From Phycisphaerae bacterium (lineage in GTDB: Bacteria > Planctomycetota > Phycisphaerae > SM23-33): DNA of 64,000 bases. Position 1 is the stretch's first letter, and the number at the start of each line of letters is the position of its first letter. The notes beneath the pieces were generated by a model. That model saw only the letters and a list, made by a program, of their open reading frames with translations. It had not been told where the DNA came from and did no database searches. The position numbers were made by a program, and so were the translations under genes. Location: positions 6,081 to 70,080 of the forward strand of contig DRGC01000021.1 in the NCBI GenBank assembly GCA_011050235.1, in the 5' to 3' direction. Below are positions 9,704 through 20,114 of the stretch, in pieces.

Positions 9704-11323
9704 TTAGACGACCGCGCCGGTTACGGGGGCTTCGTCGTCCTTGGCGTCGAACTCGGTGACCATCAGGTCGGTCGTCAGCAGCAGGCCCGCCACGGAGGCG
9801 GCGTTCTGCAGAGCGGTCCGGGTGACCTTGGCCGGGTCGATGATGCCGGCGGCGACCATGTCGGTGAACTCGCCCTTGGAGGCGTCGTAGCCGTGGGCGC
9901 CCTTTTTCTCCAGGATCTGGGCGACGATGACGTCGCCTTCGTCGCCGGTGTTCTCGGCGATCTGGCGGGCCGGCGCCGACAGGGCCTTGGCTACGACGTC
10001 CACGCCGACTTTCTCGTCGCCGCGGGCTTTGCCCCGGGCGGCGGTGACGGCGTCGATCGCGCGCAGCAGCGCCACGCCGCCGCCGGGCACGACGCCCTCT
10101 TCGCTGGCAGCCCGTGTGGCGTGGACCGCGTCGTCGATGAGATCCTTGCGTTCCTTCATCTCCGTCTCGGTCGCCGCGCCGGCCTTGACCACGGCCACGC
10201 CGCCGGTCAGCTTGGCCAGCCGCTCGGAAAGCTTCTCCCGATCGTAGTCGCTGGTGGTCTTTTCGATCTGGCTGCGGATCGTCTCGACGCGGGCTTTGAT
10301 GGCCTGGGTGGTCCCGGCGCCCTCGATGATGGTGGTGGTGTCCTTGTCGACAAGGATCTTCTTGGCCCGGCCCAGGCTGGCCAGCTCGATGTTCTCGAGT
10401 TTTTCGCCGAGGTCTTCACTGATGACCTGCCCGCCGGTGAGGGCGGCGATGTCGGCGAGCATGGCCTTGCGGCGGTCGCCGAAGGCCGGCGCCTTGACCG
10501 CACAGACCTTCAGGATGCCGCGCAGCTTGTTGATCACCAGCGCCGCCAGGGCCTCGCCATCGACGTCTTCGGCGATCACCAGCAGCGGCTTGCCGGTCTG
10601 GGCGAGCTTCTCCAGAAGCGGGACCAGGTCGCGCAGGGAGGAGACTTTCTTCTCGTGGATCAGGATGTAGGCGTCTTCCAGCTCGGCGTCGAGCGTGGTG
10701 GGGTTGGTCATGAAGTAGGGCGAGATAAAGCCCTTGTCGAACTGCATGCCTTCGACGACGTCGAGTTCGTTCTCCAGCGCCTTGCCTTCCTCGACGGTGA
10801 TGACGCCCTCGGTGCCGACCTTTTCGAACGCCTCGGCGATCAGGGCGCCGACGGTGGTGTCCCAGTTGGCCGAGACCGTCGCGACATTACGCAGGTCGTC
10901 GGTGGTCTTACAGGGCTTGGCCATTTTGGCGATGGCTTCGACGGCGGCTTCGACGGCCTGGTCGATGCCTCGCTTGACGGCCATCGGGTTGGCCCCGGCG
11001 GTGACGTTCTTGAGGCCTTCGGCGAGCATCGCCTCGGCCAGCACGACCGCGGTGGTCGTGCCGTCGCCGGCGACGTCGGAGGTCTTGCTGGCGACCTGGT
11101 TGGCCATCTTGGCGCCCATGTTCTCAAAGGGATTGGGCAGCTCGACGTCCTTGGAGACCGTCACGCCGTCTTTGGTGACCTTCGGCCCGCCGTAGGACTT
11201 CTGCAGCAGGACGTTTCGCCCCGTCGGGCCGAGCGTGACCTTGACGGCGGCGGCCAGCTTGGCGACGCCCTGAAGCATCGCGGCGCGGGCGTCGGCCTCG
11301 TATAACATCTGCTTTCCAGCCAT
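9704..11323 (-). CDS. groL: chaperonin GroEL (paralog 1, no GGM tail)
   Basis: Full-length Cpn60 ([20 protein letters not shown]...). The C-terminus ends [11 protein letters not shown] with no Gly-Gly-Met repeats. AGGAG RBS upstream. Confidence 0.95.
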   Translation of the reverse strand: MAGKQMLYEADARAAMLQGVAKLAAAVKVTLGPTGRNVLLQKSYGGPKVTKDGVTVSKDVELPNPFENMGAKMANQVASKTSDVAGDGTTTAVVLAEAMLAEGLKNVTAGANPMAVKRGIDQAVEAAVEAIAKMAKPCKTTDDLRNVATVSANWDTTVGALIAEAFEKVGTEGVITVEEGKALENELDVVEGMQFDKGFISPYFMTNPTTLDAELEDAYILIHEKKVSSLRDLVPLLEKLAQTGKPLLVIAEDVDGEALAALVINKLRGILKVCAVKAPAFGDRRKAMLADIAALTGGQVISEDLGEKLENIELASLGRAKKILVDKDTTTIIEGAGTTQAIKARVETIRSQIEKTTSDYDREKLSERLAKLTGGVAVVKAGAATETEMKERKDLIDDAVHATRAASEEGVVPGGGVALLRAIDAVTAARGKARGDEKVGVDVVAKALSAPARQIAENTGDEGDVIVAQILEKKGAHGYDASKGEFTDMVAAGIIDPAKVTRTALQNAASVAGLLLTTDLMVTEFDAKDDEAPVTGAVV

Positions 11324-11367
11324 GGTTGACTCCTATTCGTTGCCGGGCACAAGGCGCCGGCGGAAGG

Positions 11368-11661
11368 TTATTTCTTGACGACGACAGCCAGGACGTCGGA
11401 CTCTTTGCAGATCACGTAATCATCGCCGTCGATCTTCACTTCCGTGCCGGCGTACTTGCCGTAATAGACCGTGTCGCCGGCCTTGACGCCCAGCTTGCCT
11501 CGCTTGCCGGTGTCGAGCAACCGGCCCGGCCCGACGGCAACGACCTTGCCCATCTGGGGCTTTTCCTTGGCCGTGTCGGGAAGCACGATGCCGCCCGCGG
11601 TTTTCTGTTCAGCGTCAGACTGCTTGATCAGCACGCGATCATCCAGGGGCTTAACTGCCAT
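11368..11661 (-). CDS. groS: co-chaperonin GroES
   Basis: 97 aa; [13 protein letters not shown]...GGIVLPD mobile-loop region; AAAGGAG RBS. Confidence 0.95.
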   Translation of the reverse strand: MAVKPLDDRVLIKQSDAEQKTAGGIVLPDTAKEKPQMGKVVAVGPGRLLDTGKRGKLGVKAGDTVYYGKYAGTEVKIDGDDYVICKESDVLAVVVKK

Positions 11662-11699
11662 GATGATGCTCCTTTGATATCGTTTTGTTCGTTAATTCG

Positions 11700-11984
11700 T
11701 TAATTGGTTAACTCGTTGGCTGACTGGGTCGTCGACCCATCATTCGCTGATGGTTCCAGGTCCGCTACCCGGACAAAGAAGTTTTCGCCGCCGTCGGGCT
11801 TGACCGTCACGTGAGCGTCGCCCGGCCGAGTTTCGGGAGGCAGTGCGTTGTTGCCCGCACGCGTGGCGCTCACCTCTGAGAACGAAAGTCCCGTGAATTC
11901 GACTACCGTAACGATCTGTTCTTCACCAGTCGCACGGTCACACCAACGGCACCTCTCACCGACCTTGACGTTCTTTATGTCCAT
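11700..11984 (-). CDS. hypothetical small protein (94 aa) with a CxxC motif, embedded in the chaperone cluster
   Basis: The translation MDIKNVKVGERCRWCDRATGEEQIVTVVEF... has a balanced, non-junk composition. It sits between groEL2 and groES on the same strand. No family recognised. Confidence 0.4.
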   Translation of the reverse strand: MDIKNVKVGERCRWCDRATGEEQIVTVVEFTGLSFSEVSATRAGNNALPPETRPGDAHVTVKPDGGENFFVRVADLEPSANDGSTTQSANELTN

Positions 11985-11998
11985 GGTTCATCTCTTTT

Positions 11999-12036
11999 CA
12001 TTCAGCATTCAGCATTCAGCATTCGACATTCAGCAT
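11999..12036. repeat. tandem heptamer array (CATTCAG)x5, one variant CATTCGA
   Basis: Located 15-52 nt upstream (gene strand) of the start of the small ORF 11700..11984 and ~60 nt downstream of the groEL2 stop. On the gene strand each unit CTGAATG carries overlapping stop/start codons (TGA/ATG), stepping through all three frames. Flanked by a second short repeat GGTCATT/GGGCATT/GGTCATT at 12068-12088. Confidence 0.8.
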
Positions 12037-12099
12037 CCTCCTTCGCCAAGGCTTCGGAGGACAAGTTGGTCATTGGGCATTGGTCATTAGCTGTTGGCC

Positions 12100-13803
12100 C
12101 TACATCATGCCGCCCATGCCCCCCATACCGCCCATTCCCATGCCGCCGCCCATACCGCCCATGCCACCCATGCCGCCGCCCATACCGCCCATGCCGCCGG
12201 GGCCGCCGGCCGGCATGTCGTCTTCATCTTTGGGCGCCTCGGATATGCAGCAGTCGCACGTCAGCAGCAGCGCCGCCACCGAGGCGGCGTTCTGCAGCGC
12301 GATGCGGGTGACCTTCGTCGGGTCGATCACGCCGGCGGCGACGAGGTCTTCAAACACCATCGTATCGGCGTTGAAGCCAAAGCCGCCCTTGCCGTCTTGG
12401 ACCTTCTTGAGCACCACCGACGGCTGCTGGCCGGCGTTGGCGACGATCTGCCGCAACGGCTCGGTCAGCGCCTTGCGGACGATCGCGGCGCCGGTGGCCT
12501 CGTCGCCGGTGAGCTTCAGGGCGTCGACAGCCTTGAGCGAACGGACCAGCGCGACCCCGCCTCCGGGCAGGATGCCTTCTTCGATCGCGGCGCGGGTGGC
12601 GTGCAGGGCGTCTTCGATACGGGCCTTCTTTTCCTTCATCTCGCTTTCGGTGGCGGCCCCGACGTTAATCTCGGCGACGCCGCCGGCGAGCTTGGCCAGA
12701 CGCTCCTGGAGCTTCTCGCGGTCGTAATCGCTGGTGGTGGTCTCGATCTCGGCGCGGATCTGCCCGATGCGGGCCTGGATCGCCTTGCTGGCGCCGGCGC
12801 CTTCGATGATGGTCGTGTTGTCGTTGTCGATGCGGATCTTCTTGGCCGTGCCCAGATCGGCCAGCGTGATGGATTCCAGATCGATGCCCAGATCCTTCGT
12901 GAACACCTTGCCGCCGGTGAGGATGCCGATATCGCCCAGCATCGCCTTGCGGCGATCGCCGTAGCCCGGCGCCTTGACGGCGGCGACCGACAGGATGCCC
13001 CGCATCTTGTTGACCACCAGCGTGGCCAGGGCCTCGCCCTCGACGTCCTCGGAGATAATCAGCAGAGGGCGATTGGCCTGGGAGGCGCTTTCCAGCAGCG
13101 GCACGAGCTTGGTCACGTTGGAGATCTTGTCTTCGTGGATCAGAATCAGGGGCTTATCGAACACACATTCCATCGCTTCTTGATCGGTGACGAAATGCGG
13201 CGACAGGTACCCGCGGTCAAACTGCATGCCCTCGACGACGTCGATGGTGGTTTCGAGGCTCTTGCCTTCCTCGACGGTGATCACGCCGTCGCGGCCGACC
13301 TTGTCCATCGCCTCAGCCAGCATCTTACCGACGGCGGGATCGTTGTTGGCGCTGATGGCGGCGATGTTGCGGATGTCGGCGTCGTCGGCGACGGGCTTGG
13401 ACATCTTGGCCAGATCGGCGATCGCGGCGTCGACCGCACGGCGAATGCCGCGGGCCAGCGCCATCGCATCGGCGCCGGCGGCGAGGTTGCGGTAGCCTTC
13501 GGCGAAGATCGCCTCAGCCAGCACGGTGGCCGTCGTCGTGCCGTCGCCGGCGTCGTCGGAGGTCTTGGAGGCGGCCTCTTTGACCAGTTGGGCGCCCATG
13601 TTTTCGCTCTTGTCGGTCAGCTCGATTTCCTCGGCGACCATGACGCCGTCCTTGGTGACCGTCGGAGCGCCCCATCCCTTGTCCAGGATGGCGTTACGTC
13701 CGCGGGGGCCGAGCGTGCTCTTGACGGCCCGCGCGAGCTTGCGCACGCCGTTCAGCAGGGCCTCCCGGGCCTGAATATCAAAAACCAGTTGCTTGACAGC
13801 CAT
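12100..13803 (-). CDS. groL: chaperonin GroEL (paralog 2, with C-terminal GGM repeat tail)
   Basis: Full-length Cpn60 ([20 protein letters not shown]...). The C-terminus is (GGM)n: [32 protein letters not shown]. Confidence 0.95.
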   Translation of the reverse strand: MAVKQLVFDIQAREALLNGVRKLARAVKSTLGPRGRNAILDKGWGAPTVTKDGVMVAEEIELTDKSENMGAQLVKEAASKTSDDAGDGTTTATVLAEAIFAEGYRNLAAGADAMALARGIRRAVDAAIADLAKMSKPVADDADIRNIAAISANNDPAVGKMLAEAMDKVGRDGVITVEEGKSLETTIDVVEGMQFDRGYLSPHFVTDQEAMECVFDKPLILIHEDKISNVTKLVPLLESASQANRPLLIISEDVEGEALATLVVNKMRGILSVAAVKAPGYGDRRKAMLGDIGILTGGKVFTKDLGIDLESITLADLGTAKKIRIDNDNTTIIEGAGASKAIQARIGQIRAEIETTTSDYDREKLQERLAKLAGGVAEINVGAATESEMKEKKARIEDALHATRAAIEEGILPGGGVALVRSLKAVDALKLTGDEATGAAIVRKALTEPLRQIVANAGQQPSVVLKKVQDGKGGFGFNADTMVFEDLVAAGVIDPTKVTRIALQNAASVAALLLTCDCCISEAPKDEDDMPAGGPGGMGGMGGGMGGMGGMGGGMGMGGMGGMGGMM

Positions 13804-14278
13804 TGGATGAATCTCCTTTCGGCTTCTTATAAGTTCTGTTGTAATCTGGCCTTACATGTTTGTGTCCGTCCCGTCCCGGCGCAGTCAACGCGCAGCGGGC
13901 CCCGAGACGTCGGTATAACTATTAGCAATGGGCGTGCCGAAAGTCGTAACGGTTTCAGATCACGGCAGTTAATGAATTTATTGCAAATGTCAGCCCGCGC
14001 CGAATGCTGCCATGTCAGCACATCCAGTTGCAGCACTGGCAGTTTTTGACAGAGCCCCCGGCCAGCGGCGTGGAGCTGCTGGGAAATTCCTGAAACTCCC
14101 GACAGGTCTGTCCGGAAAGCGTGGCTAGAATGTCTATAGCTCGTTTCTTCGGGAGGGAGTTTCGGCGAGCCCGGGAAAGGGAGAGCCAAGCATCCCGTCA
14201 GCCAGAAGGGCGAACGCCCTCGCGCAGCAGGGAAGTGCTCGACGGTTTAACGGCTCTGCAAATCAAGGAGACTACTAA

Positions 14279-15367
14279 ATGATGAGCAAGCGAATTGTTG
14301 TTGTGATGATGGCGGCCGGGATATGCGCGGCCCTGGCCCAGGCGGGCATTCGGGCGGATCTGTCGGGCGACGCCGTGGTGGACTTCGCCACGACCATGGA
14401 CATGCCGTTTATGAATGTGGGCAATCCGGGCAATGCCGCGGACACGGAAGTCATGGACGACGGGACAACAGGTTACGGCGGCGTGGACTATGCCTACAAC
14501 ATCGGCAAGTTCGAGGTCACGGCCGGTCAGTACACTGAGTTCCTCAACGCTGTGGCTGCCACGGATACATACGGCCTCTACAACCCGACCATGTGGTCGT
14601 CGGAATACGGCTGCAAGATTCTGCGCAGCGGCTCGTCGGGCAGCTACGCTTACGCAGTCGCGGCCGATTGGGAGGATCGCCCAGTGAACTACGTTTCGTG
14701 GGGCGATTCGGCGAGGTTCTCCAACTGGCTGACCAACGGCATGCCGACGGGCGCTCAGAACCTGACGACGACAGAGGATGGTTCGTACTTCCTCAACGGG
14801 GCTACCAGCGTTGATGCGCTTCAGGCTGTAACACGTGAGGCCGACGCTCGCTACGTCATCCCCAGCGAGGATGAATGGTACAAGGCGGCCTATCACAAGA
14901 ATGACGGCGTCACAGGCAACTACTTCGACTATTCCACCGGTAGCGATGCTGTCCCAAGCAACGACCTCATCGAGCCGGACCCGGGCAATAATGCCAGCTT
15001 CTGGGACTGGGGTGCTAACGACTACACGATCGGCAGTCCCTACTGGCAGACGGAGGTCGGCGAGTTCGAGAACTCCGAAAGCCCCTACGACACGTTCGAC
15101 ATGGGCGGCAACGTCTGGGAATGGAACGAGGCGATCCCGTACTGGTCGTATCGCGGCTTGCGGGGCGGGGCGTTCGGCGACGACGTCGTCTACTACCTGC
15201 ACGCGTCGAGCCGCGGCTACCTCGACCTGTGGCTCGAGCGCTACGACTTCGGGTTTCGTGTCTCCGAGATTCCTGAGCCCGCTACGATGGGGCTGTTGGC
15301 GTTAGGCGGCATGGGCCTGCTACGCCGCAAGTCGAAGATCCCTTCGGGACGCGGCTACGCAGGCTGA
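14279..15367 (+). CDS. FGE-sulfatase (SUMF1/formylglycine-generating-enzyme-like) domain protein with a PEP-CTERM sorting signal
   Basis: Signal peptide. FGE-domain motifs (YNIGKFEVTAGQYTEFLNAV, RGGAFGDD...GFRVSEI). C-terminal PEP-CTERM signal (IPEPATMGLLALGGMGLLRRKSK). Confidence 0.8.
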   Translation: MMSKRIVVVMMAAGICAALAQAGIRADLSGDAVVDFATTMDMPFMNVGNPGNAADTEVMDDGTTGYGGVDYAYNIGKFEVTAGQYTEFLNAVAATDTYGLYNPTMWSSEYGCKILRSGSSGSYAYAVAADWEDRPVNYVSWGDSARFSNWLTNGMPTGAQNLTTTEDGSYFLNGATSVDALQAVTREADARYVIPSEDEWYKAAYHKNDGVTGNYFDYSTGSDAVPSNDLIEPDPGNNASFWDWGANDYTIGSPYWQTEVGEFENSESPYDTFDMGGNVWEWNEAIPYWSYRGLRGGAFGDDVVYYLHASSRGYLDLWLERYDFGFRVSEIPEPATMGLLALGGMGLLRRKSKIPSGRGYAG

Positions 15368-15467
15368 ACGCTGAGAAGGCGCAAGGGCGTTCGAGGATAA
15401 CCCCGTCCTTCATCTGCTGGGAATGGCGGGACGCGCCACCCGGAGTTGCGTGATATCGGAATCTGCT

Positions 15468-16535
15468 CTAGGGGTGGAACGACCCGCGGGGGTCGTCGTA
15501 TTGGGCCTTGAGATCGTCTTTGGTCATGCTGCGGACCTTGCCGTCGACGGTCAGGACGTTGGCCTTGCCGAGGTGGCGGGCCATGATCTCGCCGTTGTCG
15601 GTCTGATCGTCGAAAGGTTGATCGATCGCGGGGCGGTGGAGGTTGATCTCCGGGACGTTGTATTCGATCAGGCAGATCTGGTTCAAGCTCGGGTGGGTGT
15701 TCTTGACCAGGCTGTTCATGCCGTAGCTGACCTTGGAGAAGTTGACGAAGGCCTTGGCGACTTCGAGATTGCTCTTGCCGACGAACTGGCGGATGATGTT
15801 GTCTTGCCAGTTGTCGCTGGGGCCCTGCCAGAGATAATGGTCGCTGCCGATCTGGCTGCCGTACTCGGCCGTCCATTCGGGCCGGGGGTCGTACTCGACG
15901 ATCTCCAGGTAGGTGGCGTGGAACGTCACCACGATCGCGCCCGATCCCGCGGTCATGAGCATCTGGTTGTCGGCGAGCGCGCCGCCGATGGTGGCGAGGT
16001 ATTCCGACCAACTGAAGCCCTTGCTGTCGTAGTAATGGCCGACGTAGGCGTTGCCCTGGTACATGTAGGAGACCTGCTTGTCGGGCGGCTGGAGGCCCCT
16101 CATCATGTCGTACAGGGACGTATCGAACTCGCCGTAATGGCCGCCTTCGGTACTGCTTTGGTGAAAATAGAGGTTCTTGAGACCCGCGAACGGATCACTG
16201 GGCGGCTCGCGGTCGCTGGGGCAGATGATCAGGTCCAGCAGGTTCACCTCGACCAGGCTGGCCTGCCAGCGGGAGGAGTCCGGCACGGTGATGCCGATGT
16301 TGTGCTGGAGGTCCTTGGCCTCGGCGCCCTCAACCAGCAGCACCAAGCCGATGTGATGCATCTGGTTCTTACAGAACGCCGACCGCGACATCTCGGCCAC
16401 GCGGAGAAACGACGGCGCGACGATCGCCACCAGCATCGTCATCATGCTCAGGACGATCAGGGTTTCGGTCAGTGTAAACGCCGGCAGGCCCGGTGGGGGT
16501 CGCCGTGATGTGTCGAATTGTCGGTTCTCTATCAA
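15468..16535 (-). CDS. DUF1559 protein with a prepilin-type N-terminal methylation/cleavage helix (H-X9-DG protein)
   Basis: N-terminus ...GLPAFTLTETLIVLSMMTMLVAIVAPSF is pseudopilin-like. CKNQMHHIGLVLL is DUF1559-like. A C-terminal H-X9-DG signature is present (HLGKANVLTVDG). The exact start is uncertain. Confidence 0.8.
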   Translation of the reverse strand: MIENRQFDTSRRPPPGLPAFTLTETLIVLSMMTMLVAIVAPSFLRVAEMSRSAFCKNQMHHIGLVLLVEGAEAKDLQHNIGITVPDSSRWQASLVEVNLLDLIICPSDREPPSDPFAGLKNLYFHQSSTEGGHYGEFDTSLYDMMRGLQPPDKQVSYMYQGNAYVGHYYDSKGFSWSEYLATIGGALADNQMLMTAGSGAIVVTFHATYLEIVEYDPRPEWTAEYGSQIGSDHYLWQGPSDNWQDNIIRQFVGKSNLEVAKAFVNFSKVSYGMNSLVKNTHPSLNQICLIEYNVPEINLHRPAIDQPFDDQTDNGEIMARHLGKANVLTVDGKVRSMTKDDLKAQYDDPRGSFHP

Positions 16536-16677
16536 GTGTATGTCCCCATCGCCGGCGCCTCCGGCCGGAGCATCCCATTGTACTCGCTACGGGCGGTTTC
16601 GAACAGGCCGCCGCCGGCAATAAAACGCCGCCGCCACGTGTCTTGCCGCCCGCCCGTCGGTCGCCTATCATCGCCGA

Positions 16678-19299
16678 TTGCCCATGACCAGCGAGACGCC
16701 CGCACAACTCGATACGCCCGCGATGCGGCAGTATCGGCAGTTCAAACAGCAGTACCCCGAGTACCTGCTGTTTTTTCGCATGGGCGATTTCTACGAGTTG
16801 TTCTACGACGACGCCAAAGTCGCCAGCCGCGAGCTGGGCCTGGCCCTGACGGCCCGCAGCAAAGGGCCCTCAGCCGTCCCGCTGGCGGGGATCCCCTACC
16901 ATGCCCTGGACAGCTATCTCGCGCGACTGGTCCGCGCCGGCCATCGCGTCGCAATTTGCGAGCAGGTCGAGGACCCGAAGGAGGCCAAGGGTGTCGTCAA
17001 GCGGGATGTGGTCCGGCTGGTGACGCCCGGGACGCTGACCGACCAGACGCTGCTGGACCAGCGCGAGGGCAACTACCTGGCGGCCATCTTTGGCCCGCGC
17101 AGCGCTGACGGGCTCGCAGGCGTGGCGTGGGTGGAGCTATCCAGCGGGGCGTTTCAGACCATGCTTACCCCCGCCGACCACGCGCTGGATGAGCTGATCC
17201 GCATCGGGGCGGCGGAGGTCCTGCTGCCGGAAGGATCATCCTTCGACGCGCCGGAGTTCCGAGATGCGGTGCGCCAGTGCACGCAGGCGGCGGCTACCGT
17301 TCGTCCGGCGTGGGCGTTCGACGCCCACGGCGCGATGGAGGCGCTGCACGGGCACTTCCAGGTGACCACGCTCGAGGGGTTCGGCTTCGACGGGTGGGAT
17401 GCGTCGCTATCGGCGGCGGGGGCGGTGATCGAATACCTCGGCGAGACGCAGAAGACCTCGCTGGCCCACATTCGCGTGCTCAAGAAATTCGATCGCACCG
17501 ACCACATGGTCATCGACGGCAACACGCTGCGATGCCTCGAGGTCCACCGCACGCTGCGGACCAACCAGCGATCGGGCAGCCTGCTGGCCTGCATCGACGA
17601 GACCTGCACCGGCACGGGCGCCAGGCTGCTGGGGCGGTGGCTGACCTTCCCGCTGACCGGCTACAGCGCCATCGTCGCCCGCCAGGACGCGGTCGAGGAA
17701 CTCACGCAGGATCGGCGGCGCCTCAGGGAGATCCGCGACCTGCTGGGCGAGACCTCGCAGATCGATCGGATCGCAAGCAACGTCGCCCTCGGCCGGGTCC
17801 GCCCGCGCGAACTGCTCGCCCTGGGCCAGACGCTGAAGCTCCTGCCGCAACTGACAGCCGCCATCGACGGCTGCAGCGCCGAGTTGACCGCACAGCTCGC
17901 CCCCGCGCTGACGGGGCTGGAGGCGCCGGCCGAGCTGATCGCCGGGGCCATCGATGCGGATTGCCCCAACACGCTGCGGGAGGGCCGCGTGATTGCCGAC
18001 GGGTATGACGACCAGCTCGACCGCCTGCGCCGCATCGGCACGGACGGGGAGAGTTGGCTTGCCAAGTACCAGGCCGACCAGGTCCGGCGGACCGGCATCA
18101 CGAACCTGAAGGTCGGCTTCAACAAGGTCTTTGGGTACTACATCGAGATTACCAACGTTCATAGCCACAAGGCGCCGGCCGACTACGTCCGCAAGCAGAC
18201 GCTCAAGAACGCCGAGCGATACATCACCGACGAGCTGAAGCGCTACGAGAGCGAGGTCCTCACGGCCGGTGAGCGGGCCAAGAGCATCGAGGCGACGCTG
18301 TTCGAGCGCGTCCGCGTTGAGGTGGCCGAGTTCCTCGCTCCCCTGCAGGCCGCGGCCGAGGCGACAGCGACGCTGGACGTGCTAGCGGCCCTGGCGACCC
18401 TGGCGATCGACCGCGGCTACATCCGCCCGACGATCACACAGGATAACGTCCTCAGCATCATCGCGGGAAAGCATCCGGTCCTAGCCCAGCAACTGGCCGA
18501 GCAGTTTGTCCCCAACGACGTGACGATGGATGCTGACGACAACCGCCTGCTGCTGATCACCGGGCCGAACATGGCCGGCAAGAGCACCTACATCCGCCAG
18601 GTCGCCCTGCTGGTGCTGCTGGCCCAGACGGGCAGCTTTATCCCGGCCGAGTCCGCGACCATCGGCCTGGCCGACCGGATCTTCACCCGCGTGGGGGCCG
18701 CCGACGAACTGACCCGCGGGCTGAGCACGTTCATGCTCGAGATGGTCGAGACCGCCAACATCCTCAACAACGCCACCGCCCGCTCGCTGGTGATCCTCGA
18801 CGAGGTCGGCCGCGGCACGAGCACCTACGACGGGCTCGCGCTGGCGTGGGCGATCAGCGAACACCTCGCCCTGCGCGTCAAATGCCGCGCCCTGTTCGCC
18901 ACCCACTACCACGAGCTGACCGAGCTGGAGAGCCTCCTGGACGGCACGCGGAACTACAACGTCGCCGTGCGGGAATGGGCCGACGAGGTGATCTTCCTCC
19001 ATAAGATCGTCCCCGGCGGCTGCGACCAGAGCTACGGCGTCCACGTCGCTCGCCTGGCGGGCGTGCCCAAGGACGTCATCGACCGCGCCCGGACGATCCT
19101 GCCGCAATTGCAGGCCCACCTGGCCGAGGGCCTGGACATGCCCGAACTCGCCCGCCGCGCCACCGCCGCCGCCGAGCAAATGAAACTCTTCGCCGACAAG
19201 CCCGCCCACGTCGCCCGCGAACTCCGCGCCGCCGACCTCGACAACCTAACCCCCATGCAAGCCCTCGAACTCCTCCGCAAGCTCAAGGGCGATCTGTAA
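16678..19299 (+). CDS. mutS: DNA mismatch repair protein MutS
   Basis: 873 aa. N-terminal mismatch-binding domain ([30 protein letters not shown]). Walker [10 protein letters not shown]. Signature ST[FY] region and HTH at the C-terminus. Confidence 0.95.
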   Translation: MPMTSETPAQLDTPAMRQYRQFKQQYPEYLLFFRMGDFYELFYDDAKVASRELGLALTARSKGPSAVPLAGIPYHALDSYLARLVRAGHRVAICEQVEDPKEAKGVVKRDVVRLVTPGTLTDQTLLDQREGNYLAAIFGPRSADGLAGVAWVELSSGAFQTMLTPADHALDELIRIGAAEVLLPEGSSFDAPEFRDAVRQCTQAAATVRPAWAFDAHGAMEALHGHFQVTTLEGFGFDGWDASLSAAGAVIEYLGETQKTSLAHIRVLKKFDRTDHMVIDGNTLRCLEVHRTLRTNQRSGSLLACIDETCTGTGARLLGRWLTFPLTGYSAIVARQDAVEELTQDRRRLREIRDLLGETSQIDRIASNVALGRVRPRELLALGQTLKLLPQLTAAIDGCSAELTAQLAPALTGLEAPAELIAGAIDADCPNTLREGRVIADGYDDQLDRLRRIGTDGESWLAKYQADQVRRTGITNLKVGFNKVFGYYIEITNVHSHKAPADYVRKQTLKNAERYITDELKRYESEVLTAGERAKSIEATLFERVRVEVAEFLAPLQAAAEATATLDVLAALATLAIDRGYIRPTITQDNVLSIIAGKHPVLAQQLAEQFVPNDVTMDADDNRLLLITGPNMAGKSTYIRQVALLVLLAQTGSFIPAESATIGLADRIFTRVGAADELTRGLSTFMLEMVETANILNNATARSLVILDEVGRGTSTYDGLALAWAISEHLALRVKCRALFATHYHELTELESLLDGTRNYNVAVREWADEVIFLHKIVPGGCDQSYGVHVARLAGVPKDVIDRARTILPQLQAHLAEGLDMPELARRATAAAEQMKLFADKPAHVARELRAADLDNLTPMQALELLRKLKGDL

Positions 19300-19376
19300 G
19301 CTGGCAAATCCTTGCCCAAGGGGCGGCGGAAAGCTAGACTGACAGATGAACGCACGCCCTTGCTAACGGTGCAGCC

Positions 19377-19667
19377 ATGAAACGTCAGGACGTTCTGGAT
19401 AAGCTCAAAGACGCCCGTGAAGACCTCGATCGGTTCCACGTCGCGTCGCTGTCGGTGTTCGGCTCAGTCGCCCGGGACGAGGCCGCCAACACGAGCGATG
19501 TTGACCTCCTGGTAGAGTTCAGCAGACCGATTGGCCTGTTCGATTTCGTGCGCCTCAAGCGCCGGCTTGAAGAGATTCTCGGCTGTAGCGTCGATCTGGG
19601 CACGCCGGACTCGCTGAAAGACCGCATTCGCGAACAGGTGCTGGAGGAGGCCGTCCGTGTCGCCTAG
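19377..19667 (+). CDS. MNT-type nucleotidyltransferase antitoxin (type VII TA)
   Basis: GSVARDE...SDVDLLVEF nucleotidyltransferase fold motif (GS-x9-DxD). 96 aa. Overlaps the downstream gene by 11 nt. Confidence 0.85.
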   Translation: MKRQDVLDKLKDAREDLDRFHVASLSVFGSVARDEAANTSDVDLLVEFSRPIGLFDFVRLKRRLEEILGCSVDLGTPDSLKDRIREQVLEEAVRVA

Positions 19668-20013
19668 ATCACCCCTTGCCCGGCTGGATGACATGCTGGA
19701 GGCCGTGGAGAAAATCCTTCGGTACACGGCGGGAATGACCTCCGACCAACTCCAGGCCGACGCCAAGACGCTTGACGCGGTGATCATGAACTTCAGTGTC
19801 TTGGGGGAAGCCGCCTCGGCTGTGCCCGACGGGATCCAGTCGCGCTGGCCCGACATCCCCTGGCGCGTGATCACGGACATGCGAAATGTGATCACCCATC
19901 AATACTTCAAAGTATCTCCCGAAATCCTTTGGGAGACGATCCAAACGCAGGCGCCACCGCTGGCCGAGCAGCTTCGAGATCTTGTCCGAACACTGGAAGG
20001 GGAGTCCCCGTAG
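19657..20013 (+). CDS. HepT-like (DUF86) RNase toxin
   Basis: R-x4-H-x-Y motif RNVITHQY near the C-terminus. 118 aa. Translationally coupled to the MNT gene. Confidence 0.85.
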   Translation: MSPRSPLARLDDMLEAVEKILRYTAGMTSDQLQADAKTLDAVIMNFSVLGEAASAVPDGIQSRWPDIPWRVITDMRNVITHQYFKVSPEILWETIQTQAPPLAEQLRDLVRTLEGESP

Positions 20014-20076
20014 CGGCAAACCGGCACGGACCTTTCGCAGCGCCGTGTGGAAGTGGATTAATATGGGGACGCTTAA

Positions 20077-20100
20077 TGTGGGGTGCCACGCTTCTGCTTG
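20077..20100. terminator. perfect 10-bp stem / 4-nt loop hairpin between convergent genes (candidate bidirectional intrinsic terminator)
   Basis: CACGCTTCTG-cttg-CAGAAGCGTG followed by tttcaatgg on the + strand. Located between the HepT stop (20013) and the metallophosphoesterase stop (20115). Confidence 0.55.
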
Positions 20101-20114
20101 CAGAAGCGTGCGTT

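Noticed and set aside
14005-14020. Imperfect palindrome TGCTGCCATGTCAGCA upstream of the FGE-sulfatase gene
   Set aside because: Only 14/16 symmetric, single occurrence, no recognisable regulator family. Insufficient to call an operator.
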